Positions 50,981 to 62,695 of a DNA stretch of 64,000 nt are shown piece by piece. Origin of the DNA: Vicugna vicugna (taxonomy: Eukaryota); the NCBI GenBank assembly GCA_013265495.1, contig MU058337.1, positions 6,678,716 through 6,742,715 on the forward strand, read 5' to 3'. Each line of letters begins with the position of its first letter. Position 1 is the stretch's first letter. Made by a program: the position numbers and the translations under genes. The notes beneath the pieces are model-generated. The model did no database searches. It was given only the letters and a program-made list of their open reading frames with translations, and was not told the DNA's origin.

Positions 50981-51479
50981 AACAGTGTAGGTCTCCTTCA
51001 TCCTGTGCACAAGAGGCAATTTTAGCTGTAAGATGCCCTCTTCAGCTCTTCCCTTGTCATACGTGTGTTCACGTTGTCACTGGTCAGTCAGTTGGTCTCC
51101 TGCCTGAAAACACCGAGTAATCATTGCACACATGCAAAAGAGCATCTTTCTTCCACTCACCACAGAAACTTTTGTTTCTTTCTCATAAGCTGTTGATAAG
51201 ATAACAGAATGAGTAAACTAGTCCCTGCACCGAGTTTCCAGGCAGACAGAACTGACAAAATTAACACTTTTTCCTTAAAACATTTTAAAACTCATACTTT
51301 ACACGTAATATGAATACAAAATCATCAGTAACTATGATTCTCTTTTTTTCCTGGTTAAGGTTTATTGCTTCAGTCTCTTAATACTTAAACATTTATAGAA
51401 AAATTTATAAAGTTCCACAGATATCAACAATTCATAAATTCCAAGGGGCTTTTGGATAACTTTTTTTAAAAAAAATCAC

Positions 51480-51645
51480 TAACAGAAAAATTTCACTTCC
51501 CATTAAAAAAAAATGCATACGCACATGAGGCTCACTGATCATTACTATGCTCAGTCACAGGGTGTCAGAAAAAAGCCACCACCATAAAAGGATGTCTGCA
51601 TAATCTCTCTTAAAACAACATGCCAAGGTTAACCTACTTCAGTTT
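51480..51645 (+). promoter_or_regulatory. GPR183: Putative GPR183 core/proximal promoter
   Basis: EICE TTTCACTTCC (GGAAGTGAAA on minus; 51491-51500), TATA-like CATAAAAG and TTAAAA (51610-51615), and Inr-like TCAGTTT (51639-51645) about 30 bp downstream of TTAAAA. Repeat-free and directly upstream of a strong donor. Confidence 0.6.
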
Positions 51646-51693
51646 GGGCGAATACTGACTGCTAACACAGAGGCCCCAACAAGGCACAGAGAG
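51641..51693 (+). other. GPR183: Putative GPR183 non-coding exon 1 (5' end approximate)
   Basis: Ends at a consensus donor GAG|GTAAGT (intron 51694-62665, about 11 kb) and has no ATG. Size and distance agree with the remembered human GPR183 two-exon structure. Confidence 0.7.
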
Positions 51694-51999
51694 GTAAGTA
51701 CCAGAAATTTTGCTTTTCAACAAAGTCTTTTGAGTTAAGAAAAATTTTTAAAGCTTAATTAAGGTTTAAGGTAAAAGCTGTAAACATTTCTAACAAAAAT
51801 TATATCATGAATATAGCTAAGACTATCTGGCAACCGGCAGTTCTAATAAGCTGATTTTAAGCTAGGTGAAAGCAATGGATCATGCCAGAATATTTTTGTC
51901 AAAAAGAGGGCTTGCTTTGTACTTCTGTGCAAACTCACAATTACCAAAAATTTTATCGAGTATTAATCATCAAATAATTCCAGTATTTCAGGATACTTT

Positions 52000-52480
52000 A
52001 CAAAGGAACAAAATTATTTTAAAAGAGTATTCCTGCACTTAAATGTATTGTATTTACAATGAATTATTCAACACAATTTAAAAGAGTATATTTTACTATT
52101 TGGTCATGTTATCTATCTACATAAAAATCTTTGCTACACTTCTTTTACTTCTATACTTTTATACTTTCTATTACTTCTCAGGATAGAATCCCAGTAGTAG
52201 AACTACTAGGGCAAAGGGTATACATTTTTAAAAAGAATCTTTAGATATAAACTTATATTTTTCAGCTTACGAAAACACTGTACCGATTTACCCTCCCAAC
52301 AGTGACAGTCTCGGCTTCACTGCTTCTCAGCCAACATGAGTATTTTAATTCTAAATATAACCTATTAATCTAGTAAGTGAAAAAGAACATTTCTGTTACT
52401 TGCTTTACATTTATTTGATGATCAGTAAGGCTAAAGACATTTCTACATTTTTTTTCTAGAACTTCTTTGTGTTTAAAAAA
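52000..52480 (-). mobile_element. Ancient L1 (L1ME-like) 3' remnant
   Basis: GGATAGAATCCCAGTAGTAGAACTACTAGGGCAAAGGGTATACATTTT; TGTACCGATTTACCCTCCCAACAGTG (antisense L1). Confidence 0.65.
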
Positions 52481-52644
52481 ATATCGCAGAACAATTAATT
52501 ATATGCAGTGGGCTGCTAATATTTATGTCCAGGTTGGGGATGGAGGTAACAGAAACTCTTGGTAAAATACAAGCTGTGCAGAGACTTCCTCTAAAGGAGG
52601 GTGTCTGGGGGGGTTTTGTGGGGCGGAGGGAGGTCTCACTCTAA

Positions 52645-52840
52645 GCACAATATAGTGTCATGGTTCAGAGCGCAGGCTCTGGAGGCAGGTTTGAACCTGG
52701 ACTCCATCATTTACCAGCTGTGCGACCTTGGACAAGTAACTTCTCGGACTTCAGCTGCTTGGTCTGTGAAACGGGGAGTAATGACACTGTCTGGTGCTTG
52801 TAACACTGGCTCGCACATTAAGTGCGAGAGAACTGCCTGC
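52645..52840 (+). mobile_element. MIR SINE
   Basis: GGTTTGAACCTGGACTCCATCATTTACCAGCTGTGCGACCTTGGACAAGT. Confidence 0.8.
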
Positions 52841-54039
52841 TGTCACTGTGCTCCCTTCCCTCTGCCTGTTAAATCAGCACAGGATGACTCCAATAGGCAA
52901 ACTTTCCTAGCCCTATCACTTCAGTGGGAATTATTTTCCTGAACTTATTTGCAGACCCTTACGGAGTATTTTACATAAAGACTGAGTCTGTGGATGACTA
53001 TACAACTAACTGTGTTTCCTGTCTGGACCTTGCATTCACCAGTGCTTCGGGGCATGTTTCCTCTCGGAGGTTAATTGTACTTTTTGGACATAACACTGCT
53101 CCACAAAGCAGCCTCACTCGACACTCACCTGTCATGTGGGGGCGGTGGTGGGAATTCCTTTTATAAATTACTTTCGACTCTCTTCTGGGAGCTTTTCAGT
53201 AACATGACCAGTCATTTAATGGAATAAATATTAACTCGGGTCACTATATATATGACTTTCATTCATTCATGCATTTCATAGGCATTTATTCAATATCTAT
53301 TGCTGCTTGGTTCTGAAACACTCTATAGGATAAAATGTTGTGTAATGTAAGCCATCATCCTTAAAAAGTTTACATCTTAAAAAAGAGTTCACCACTCAGT
53401 GAAGGAGTTGCCTAGTAACAGCTTTCTCTCTGCTACAGTTAAGGGCCTTCTGGAGTTGTTAAAAGGCCCTAAGTGTGTATGTGCTGAGAATGTGTAGAAC
53501 CCTCCAGTCCATATAGTTTCCTGGCTTTCCAAGAAGTTTGTGAAATTCAGGGTTTCAATGTAAGACGAAATAACCCATGTAAAAATCCTCTGAAAACTAT
53601 AGAGGTAACAAAGACCCTTGTGGTGTCTTGAAAGCCTGAAGAGAAGAATAAAAACATTTTGTTAAATACCTCCAAATACTTAAATAACAGTATAAAAGTA
53701 AATTAATAGCATAAACGCTATCCTAGGTATTTACCATCTTCTTTCAATGGAAATTTCAGGCTAAGTTGTTTTACAGAAATACTGTTAAAAATGGTAAAAT
53801 CTAAATTCATTTATAAAGCTTACTTTAAAACATGCTACTAATAAATGAATAGAATTCCTTATGTATATCAACTTATTTTCCTCCTTCGCTCCCTCTTCCC
53901 GTCTCCCCAGCTCTCCTCATCTCTCTAGTTCACACTGGTATATTAGCTGTCTTCCTTTTGTTTTTTACCAATAACATCAGATCATGTTGGAAATAGGAGC
54001 TAATTAATAATTAATAGGAGCTAATAAAACTTACCACCC

Positions 54040-54250
54040 TGAATGTGATTTCTGGAGCCAAACTGCCTAGACTGAATCCTGACACAGCTGTCTTTGGGGA
54101 AGTCTCCTAAGAGCTGTGCGCCTCAGTATCACCACTGGAAATGGATTTGTGAAAAGTTCTGTGAGGTTCAGTGAGTGAACATACGCAGAACACCCAGGGC
54201 AGTGCCTGGAACACAGTCTGTGCTTAATAATCCTGGTTACTATTGTTAAT
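54040..54250 (+). mobile_element. MIR SINE
   Basis: CTGGAGCCAAACTGCCTAGACTGAATCCTG...CAGTGCCTGGAACACAGT...TGCTTAATAA. Confidence 0.7.
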
Positions 54251-54389
54251 CAAATGCTTCCTATAATCTAATAAAGAACCTTTGAGGACCAAGAAAACTG
54301 GGATTCTGCTATTCCTTAACTGTATTTATGAGCACCAGTCACGGGCCAGCTGGACAGGCAGAGAATTACAGCACAGTCCCCACTCACAG

Positions 54390-55030
54390 GATCCACAGGC
54401 CAGTGGGAAATGGAAAAAAATCGACACTATAGGTGCTGTTACAGAGCATGTGCCCGGTGGGGCTAGGACACCCCACCCGGCCCTTCTGTGGGGCAGGGGA
54501 GGCGCTGTTGAGGGAGCAGTAGAGGGTAAAATCAGGGGAGCTTCCAGGAGCACCTGATTCTGAAGGAAACCTTGAAGGAAAGTAGGAGCAGAGGATACAG
54601 GACAGGGGAAAGGGGGCGCCAGGGAGGGAAGAGATGAGAAAGGAAGAGAGCTGTGAGAGAAGGCGGGACATCAACAGACTGCAAGCCACCCAGATCCAGG
54701 GGCCGGAGCCAGGGAGTTGCGAGCAGGAGGATGGCCAGAGAGCCAGCTCAGGAGGGACATGGAGCCCAGTCACGATGGAAACTGTGCATCATAGCAGAGA
54801 GCATGTGGTCTGCCCGAGGTCAACGGGCACCGCTGGACAGGTGCCGTGAGAGCTGGGGCGGCAGCTCCAGGGAGGAGCGATGGTGGGGGTGGCCTGAGAG
54901 CAGCGGGGAGTGGGAGCAGCACACACAGGCTGATGGGCACACAGAGGTGCACGGGGCAAAGGAGAGGCTGAGGGCCTGGGCCTGAAGGCCCAGGAACCGC
55001 TAACTGACAGGAGGCAGCAAGGGGAAGGGA
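54390..55030 (-). mobile_element. Highly diverged, GC-shifted L2-like remnant
   Basis: Purine-rich L2 antisense motifs (GGAAACCTTGAAGGAAAGTAGGAG; GATGGAAACTGTG; GTGGCCTGAGAGCAG). Confidence 0.45.
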
Positions 55031-58000
55031 GGACATGGAGTCCTGGATGCCTTCGTGATCCCTGGCTTGGCACTCGTCCTGAGGGAGGACCTTGAGTAAG
55101 TGCCCTCAACTCTCCAGAATTCAGTTTATCCATACAATAAGGATATTTAATGTTTCTGGCTGATTTCTATGAAATAATAGAGACAAAAACCAAAACCTGA
55201 AACTCCCTTGAACTTTAAGGAGAAAATGTACACACTATTTCGAGAAATACTTTGGACTCAGAGGATGAAGATTATACTGACTCAGATCTTCATTATCAAG
55301 AGTCTCTACAGATCATGCAGTAGTAATCCACACAGAGGTCAGCTCATGCCACCTGGAGACACAGTGTCTGCACTGACACGAGTATTCCAGAGGGATTCCT
55401 TTTTCTTTCAGTTCCTATATAGTTTTCCAAGTCCTGTATTTCAAGTCCTTAGTGCTACCACCTCCTTTGTCTTCCTCTCTAATAACTTTCACATCATCCT
55501 AGTCAGCATTAAAGCTGCCAAAAGCCACATGAGGAATAAATAAATAATCAGGGAAAAGTGAAAGAAAAGTAGCTGGACTATGTAAAACCCCCAAATGTGC
55601 GTGTGGGTGTTTAACCAAATAACTCAAATGTCAGGGACCTTTCACTTTCCCATCAGTTCCAATGTACAAGTTTACAGAAGCTGATGTGTCTCCATCGAGT
55701 GCGCCCTGGGTTCAGGACCCCACAGAGGCACAGAGAGGGCAGAGCAGACTGGCCAACGTGGTTTTTCCTCCTGTCTTGAGGAAGCTCTCTGTGCACCGTC
55801 CTGTAAGTGACCCTGTGCAGACCCACAGAGAGGTGGTCAGGACCCGACTAGGTCACAGGGTCAGCAGCGGGGTCACACTTCCACAAGCCAGAGTGAGCAA
55901 GCGAGCTCCCCAGGAAGCAGGGAAGACAGGTGCCCCCAGACAGACTGACCACAGACAACCCGACTCTGAACATAAACACCAGTACGTGTGAGGGTCCATC
56001 TGAGAAAGTGTAGGCAGCTGTCACCTTTCTGGACAATGTTCTCTATATATCCTCCCCACAAAATCAATCTCAGACATAGCTATGCATTTAGGACTCAGAG
56101 CTGGTCGGGGAACAAAAAACACCTGATAGTGCAGAAAGATTCCTTTCACCAGGTCACCCGGGTGTGTGCTGACTGGGACAGCAGTGGACTGGAGTGGACA
56201 TCTGACTTTGTCAGTGAAGGGATGCGAGGCTGGGCCTGTGCTGGCCACAGCCCGCCTGTGCTTCGGGGTTCTTCCCACAATCAGGAAAGAATGCTTCGCA
56301 CCTGCCTGTTTTGCAGGCCAGTGGGACACACACGGTTCCAGTGGCCACTGTTTAGGCAACTTAAATGCAGGTGAGAAACAGCACTGATTGAGTGCTGGGC
56401 CCTAGTGTGTGTGACACTGGACCAAACTTAGATGTCCCTGTCTGCTCAGCTTCAAGAACAAGGAGGCTTTTTCAACTGACAAATACTTATACAACTAGGT
56501 AACTGGAGGAAGAAGCAACGATTCTTTCTTCCACAGAGCAGTCTGTCCTCAGTGGCACTGAACACCCTCAGCCTGCCATCCTGACCCATCTGGGCTTGTC
56601 CACTTCCTCAGGAGATGAGTCCTTCTTATTCCACTGAGCCCCGAGCCTTCCTCTGCCCTCTCCTTTCCCAGTGACTTCATTTTTCCCTACTCCAGAAATT
56701 TCCCTGAATCTTACCTTTCCTCAACAAAATAACCAGGGGACAGGGTATCAACAGAAATTGGACAAAGAGGTGGGTCAGACAACACTCATCCTTTAACAGC
56801 AGACAAACGTAACATGTATCTGCACATCCACTCTGTGGCTCTTCGGGTTGTTTTTGAGAGCATGCTCCTGGGACTTCCTCTTTGGTACGTGCCACTGTGG
56901 GCACTTTGAGTCAGATCCTCTCAATGTGCAAACACCAACCTGAGCAGCCTCCACCTTATAGAGACGTCACCTCCTATATTTCAGCATGATTTGACCCACT
57001 TGATTCATTGCTAAAGCCTGAATTTAAACAAAATTACCAGAAGTTTAATTCTTTTTCATTTAAAGAGTTGATGATTATTAAGTGAAAAAATATCAGGGGT
57101 AAAGGTGACATTTCAGGAATCCTAACACTAAAAGCTGGTATTCTAGCACTTACCAAATCTTTGAATATAAAAAAGCTTTTATTCTGTTTCTGCCACAAAT
57201 AAAAGCTAAGAAAAAAATTATCCAAGCAAGTAAACTGGGTATATAAAAGTATCCTGTGAAAAATCAGAAATGCCTCCAAGTTGGTATCCAGGGTAAATAT
57301 GTCCAGAGTACAAAATACATTAGCTACTAGAAAATTTTCTTAAATGCGAATAAGTGAGTTTTGAGGGGGCCTTTTGTTTTTTCCTTTCTGTGGCTAGAAA
57401 TAACTTGACAGTTCACGTCAACATGTCCGGTTATGCAAAAATAAGATGATAGTGTCTTAAGAAACAATAGCTACTCTATTAGTAATGAAATCAATTCTAG
57501 AGAAATCCACACACAGGGCCACGTCCAGAAACCTAAGTGAAAATGCTTTGGAGGATATTTTGCTGTGGAAGAACTTGCTGTTTTACATATGTTAGGATAA
57601 CAGTGACATTTCAAAGGATCAACAGGCATCATTACAGAGACAAAACTGAGACAGCCTCCTCTGCTTATTAACAAGAGTGGTAAGAGAAGCGGTGTGGATG
57701 GCCGCCAGGTCGCTGACTTTCAGGAGGCGGTGCTCCCAGGAGGAATGTGAATAAGGACTCGCACCTGGCCGCGGCCCAGGACTACCTGCGCCCTCGGGCA
57801 AAGGCTGCAGCCCTCATCCTCGTCTCTCAGGTGTGAGGCACTAAGGGCAGGACAGGGACATTGCACATCTTGTCATTTGGAAGCATTCTGAGGAAATTAT
57901 AATTGATACAGTATTTGAAAGAAAAAAGATTTAGAACAAACCCTTCTTTGTGCTTTTCTGTAGGTGATCAAATGACGAGTCATAGCACTTTCAAGGACCA

Positions 58001-59421
58001 CTCTATCCTAAATAACATGTCAGACGCTGCTGTCCAATAATTATGAAAATGAAAAATATTTAAAATATACTCTAAAATAAATAAATAGGAAAGAAAAGAA
58101 GGACTTACTTATGACTAAGAGAGGAAGGATTATAAACAATTAAATGAGGAATCTGCAATCCAAAAGTTGATAAAGGCAAAGAGCAGCAGAACCCAGGTGT
58201 GCGGGAGAAGAAAGAGGAAAGTATATTGAGGCAATACCTCATTCAGACAGCAGCACACTCCCAACATCCATCCTTCATTTTTAGGTCCTCGGATTTTAAA
58301 AAGTATCATTTCTGTATTTCCAGGATCTATCACATGGAGGAGACACTAAAAACAACTTTTGCTGAATAAAAGAATAGAGTTAGGCCACGGTTCAGGAAAG
58401 TAATCCTGAATCCTAAAATGATTAAAGAAAGGTATAAAAGACTGCCTCTGAGGGAAGATGATAAAAAAATTGAGATTGGTTGACATAACAACAGTCAAGT
58501 ATGTGAAAGGATTTTTCTCTCAATTTGGAAAAGATAAAATTGACTAAAACCATAGCACTAATAACACAGGTTAAGCAAGGAATATACTGGTGCTGCTGAC
58601 TGGTAGAATCAGCCCCCCAGAGGTTACTAAATATTTCAGAGCAGCCTAGATTATCCTTTCCCTCACATCACCTGAGTCAGCGCATTGAAATGTCCACGTT
58701 GTGCAAGTGCTCTGACCGATGGGGGGTGGGGGCGGGCAGTCACAGGCCTCTGGCCAGTCTTCCCCTCGGGGGCTCCGCGACACAGCGTCTGCGGGTCAGG
58801 CCTCTCACCTGGGCAGGCACCTCTCCTGCAGTGGGAGCCCTGCTGTCCCCTGGGAGGAAGGCTCCCCTGCTCCGGAACAGCTCGGCCACGTGTGCCCGCG
58901 CATCTGTGTCCAGGTGAGGATGGCCTAGAGCCTCGGCCACTTGGGAACCGCAGACTCAGTTCTTGAAAGGCGGTAGGAAGCAGCTTCCCTGCTGAGGACT
59001 GGACAGAGTAGCAGGCTTGAAGCCGGGCTGGCCGAGAGAAGGGTCCAGCGTGATCTCTGCCTTCTCTGACAGTGGCTTCCTCGGGTGGCAAGTAGGTAGA
59101 TGACGGCAGTGCTGGGTGCGGGGCTGCTGGAAGGTTCTTCGAGCCATGACTGAAGGATGGCGCCAGCAAAAACCTATTCAGCCTGGATCTGAATGGTGGG
59201 GCACTGAAAGGCCGGCTCTGACAAGGACGTCAGGTGACATGGCTTTTGTAGGAAGAACTGAATTTCAAAAAAGATTTGCTCAGATTAAAAAAAAAATTAT
59301 TTACCTATTTACTTACTTCATGGTCAATTCACGTTCAGCGTTAAAAATTTAGATTATATGAATGAAAACTCAAAAATTACCTGTATGAAATTCTGTTTTG
59401 GCGTATACATCCGTGCAAGTG

Positions 59422-59425
<4 letters not shown>

Positions 59426-59461
<36 letters not shown>
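59426..59461. repeat. (TG)18 microsatellite in the GPR183 intron
   Basis: Uninterrupted TG run read directly. Confidence 0.95.
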
Positions 59462-59464
<3 letters not shown>

Positions 59465-60229
59465 TTGCTTTTCTTTCCCCAAAAGTGGTCTGCTATGTAC
59501 CCGCTTTCCTGACTAACCACCATTCCCTGTCAGGAAACAGGCGTCTATGCCGCCATCTTCCGTGGCCACACAGTCCCCCGCTACCCTCAAAATACTTACC
59601 CTCAATGGCTATACCCTCAAATACTTAACCAATACCCTTGTAGTGGGCGTTTGATTTGGTTGCAAATTTTCACTTTCAAAATTAACACTGTGTTAAACAT
59701 CTTTTCCTTAACTTTAAAATATCCTGAAACCACCGCCATTTCTGGCTCTACCAGTCGCTATGTTTCACTCAGTGAAGGAGCTGGAAATGCATCTGTAACT
59801 AGCAGGCGATGGCACATTCTTCTCTGCTTCAGACACCAGTGCAACTTTCCTAATCTCTACAATAATTACTATTCATATGGAGGATGAGCAGACTCCAGTG
59901 TATTCCCCACCCCCATGTACTTTAAAGGCATTTCACAGGAACCTGCTTTGAAAGACTCCTCAAAATAAAATATACATGCTGAGGTTTTCCGAAAAAACAT
60001 TTTTTCACAGAAATTAGAAAAATAAAGGAAGCTCTTGATGCCTGTTCCTAAGCTACAACCCGTGCCTGGAATTTTTACCACTCTCGTGTCCAGTCTCACT
60101 TCTTGAAAATTCCTTCTCACGTGAAACCTTTCCCAACTAACTGGATAAAGTTTTTTCTACTCTTATTCCATAATTGCAATTCCCGCAATTTCCCTTTCAA
60201 GAATTACTTCATTTTTATCCCCACACAAA

Positions 60230-61250
60230 TATAAAGCCCATATTTATTGTTTTTTGTTTTATTTCCTATTTCATTAATATCTGCAATTATTTTTATTACT
60301 TTCGTCTACTTCCTTTGGGCAGTTCTTTTCTAGCTTCTTGAGCTGAATATTTAATGTGGCTATTTACAGTTTTCTAGAAAATAAATGTTCAAAGCTTTGC
60401 TTCAATCTTGGATTAGCGCTCCAGCTGCATCCCACAGTTCTGTAGTACTTTTGTCAATTAGCTTTCTAAGCACTTCTAAACCTGCATTGTGATTTCTGTG
60501 CCCATGAGTTTCTTAGAAATGTATATTTTTGGACTCCAGATTTATCCTTTATCTTTTGATTGCTGGTGTCTACTTCAGTCGCACTGCACTCATAAGGACT
60601 ATGAGCTGCAAGCGAGTGATTTTCTGAGACATCTGAGACACCTCTAATGGCTGAGTACTTGGTCATATGTGCAAATAATGTTCATGTGCCTTTAGCACAA
60701 ATCCTGTTAGCTTTTTAGCCATGTTGGGTAAATCAGAGTGTGTTAAAATGTCTCATTACTAAAGCTGTGGATTTGCCAATTTCTTCTTTAAATTCTGTCA
60801 AATTTTGCTGTCACCCACATAATTCATGATTATTTTTACGTCCTTGCTGAACTATTTTTAACTTGTGTCAAGTGGCCTTCCTTACCCCTACTGACTGTGC
60901 CTTGAATTCTCTTTTTCTCATGCAAGTATTGCCACTCTAGCTTTCCACTGGTTGGGATTTGCCTGGAACGTGTTTTCCCAGACCTTTATTTTCAAGCTTT
61001 CTGAATCACTTTTGAGTTGTCTCTCTTCTAAGCAGTCTACAGCTGGATTTTAAAACACCCAAACTGACAGTCTCTGTCTTTCAATAGGTGAGTTCAATGT
61101 GTTTAAATTTGTTGTGACATTTCCTACCCTCTTATTTCGTCTTTTCTACCTACCACTCTCTTCTTGTGCTTTTTCCCGTAGTCTCCTCTCCTGTCTTCCC
61201 TTGATGAATAAAAAGGTCCTACACTTCCTTTTTTGTCCCCTTTTGCTTTA
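60230..61250 (-). mobile_element. Ancient L1 remnant (ORF2 5' region)
   Basis: Antisense L1 motifs TTTTCTAGCTTCTTGAG, GCTGCATCCCACAG, ATTGCCACTCTAGCTTTC and ACAGTCTCTGTCTTTCAATAGG. Confidence 0.75.
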
Positions 61251-61724
61251 GGCTGTATTTCCATATTTTCATGACTAACCTGTCAACACTGAAGGTAATG
61301 CACACTTTTACCATTAGTGCAATCCTTTAAGAACCCCCATGGTCTGTCAGTATCATCGTTTTACCATTGTTAGAGCTAAGTTAGCAGAGATTCAGCTCAC
61401 TTAATACAGCGGTCAGAGAGGCAGACTTGTACTCAGCCTTTTGATAAGGGTAGGGATACAATTCTTCCCTTTAATATGCAGTACCACCGGCACTAGATAT
61501 ATTTAAATTTTCCCTTAATTTTGATGACTTTCAGATGAGATTTGTGCATAGAGATACACCTATCGGTGTATTTTCTTCTAAAAATACCTTCTTAGAACTT
61601 ATAGCTCTGCTCTTCCTTAGTTTTATCAGAGTTCAGCCTCATATACGGAGTTTTACTGTAGACATTTTCCACCTTTCAATTCAGAACTGGAATTTTACCT
61701 TAGTCAGTATTTGAAACAAGAAAA

Positions 61725-61950
61725 GAGTTAAGAAATAATCCAAATACTCATCAAGGGAGTAGGTAAGCAAATTACACAGTAACACACTGGAAGACAATGG
61801 GAATCTATCAGACGTCTCCATAAGATCTGCACATGACATATATATGGATTACGCTGATCCATGAACATGTTAAGTAAACAAAGCAGAACACAAAACACCA
61901 CACATGTAATGCTTCCTACTGCGTGTAAATGCAGGAATGTATACTGCACG
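61725..61950 (+). mobile_element. Short L1 3'UTR-like fragment
   Basis: TCCAAATACTCATCAA...ATGAACATGTTAAGTAAACAAAGCAGAACACAAAA. Confidence 0.55.
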
Positions 61951-62695
61951 CATCAACAGGATATCTGTGGATTGACACCATTTAAAATTAATTTAAAATT
62001 TTCTCCTTGAAGCACTTAAGTTTTTTCTTTATCTTGTCATTTCTTTTTCTTCTTTTTCTGTCGTGGTTGCTGTGGTCATCTTCATCGTCTTCTTTTTTTT
62101 AAAAAAAAAAAAAAAACAACCATAACTTTCAGTTCCTAACAAAGACCTTAGCTTGTTTCTCATAATTTTTCAGTTAACACAAATCAGATCACTGTGGTAA
62201 GTTCATATTTCACTACATAAATGTGTGACTGATTTCATTTCCTGGCAGTGATATGCTTTTGGCAAAAAAAAAAAAAGTCCAACTAATATTCAATTTTGAA
62301 GCAGTTTCATGCCTGTCTGAAATGTGGGGTGCTTTACATGATTTTATTCTTAACCAGACAATGATTCAGAAAAAGGAAGGGGAAATTTCTGCCTAAAAAA
62401 GTTAGTGCATTCCCTCTTATCACAAAAATACATTTGCCCTATTTAAATGGTTCTATTTCCTTTGCCAGAGCTTTGCCAAAATCACCAAATTATGAGAGTA
62501 AAGCTGTTTAACTATAGAGTATGTAACCATATTTTATATATCATAGATTTTTAAAAAGCATATAAATACTGATAAGTTAAAAGTTAGAGCTATATAGAAG
62601 GCAGTTTATTTTGTTTTTAGTTAAATATGTTTTTAATTAGATGTACCCTTCTTGGTTTTTTCCAGAGACCCTGGACACTGCTGACGGATATAAAC

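Noticed and set aside
58663..59169. Cluster of overlapping Pro/Arg/Gly-rich ORFs
   Set aside because: Expected by chance in GC-rich, stop-poor DNA.
62627..62695. ORF-track start giving a 379-aa GPR183
   Set aside because: The first 13 codons lie upstream of the main splice acceptor (62665) and include its pyrimidine tract. The conserved protein starts at 62696. Kept only as a hypothetical alternative isoform.
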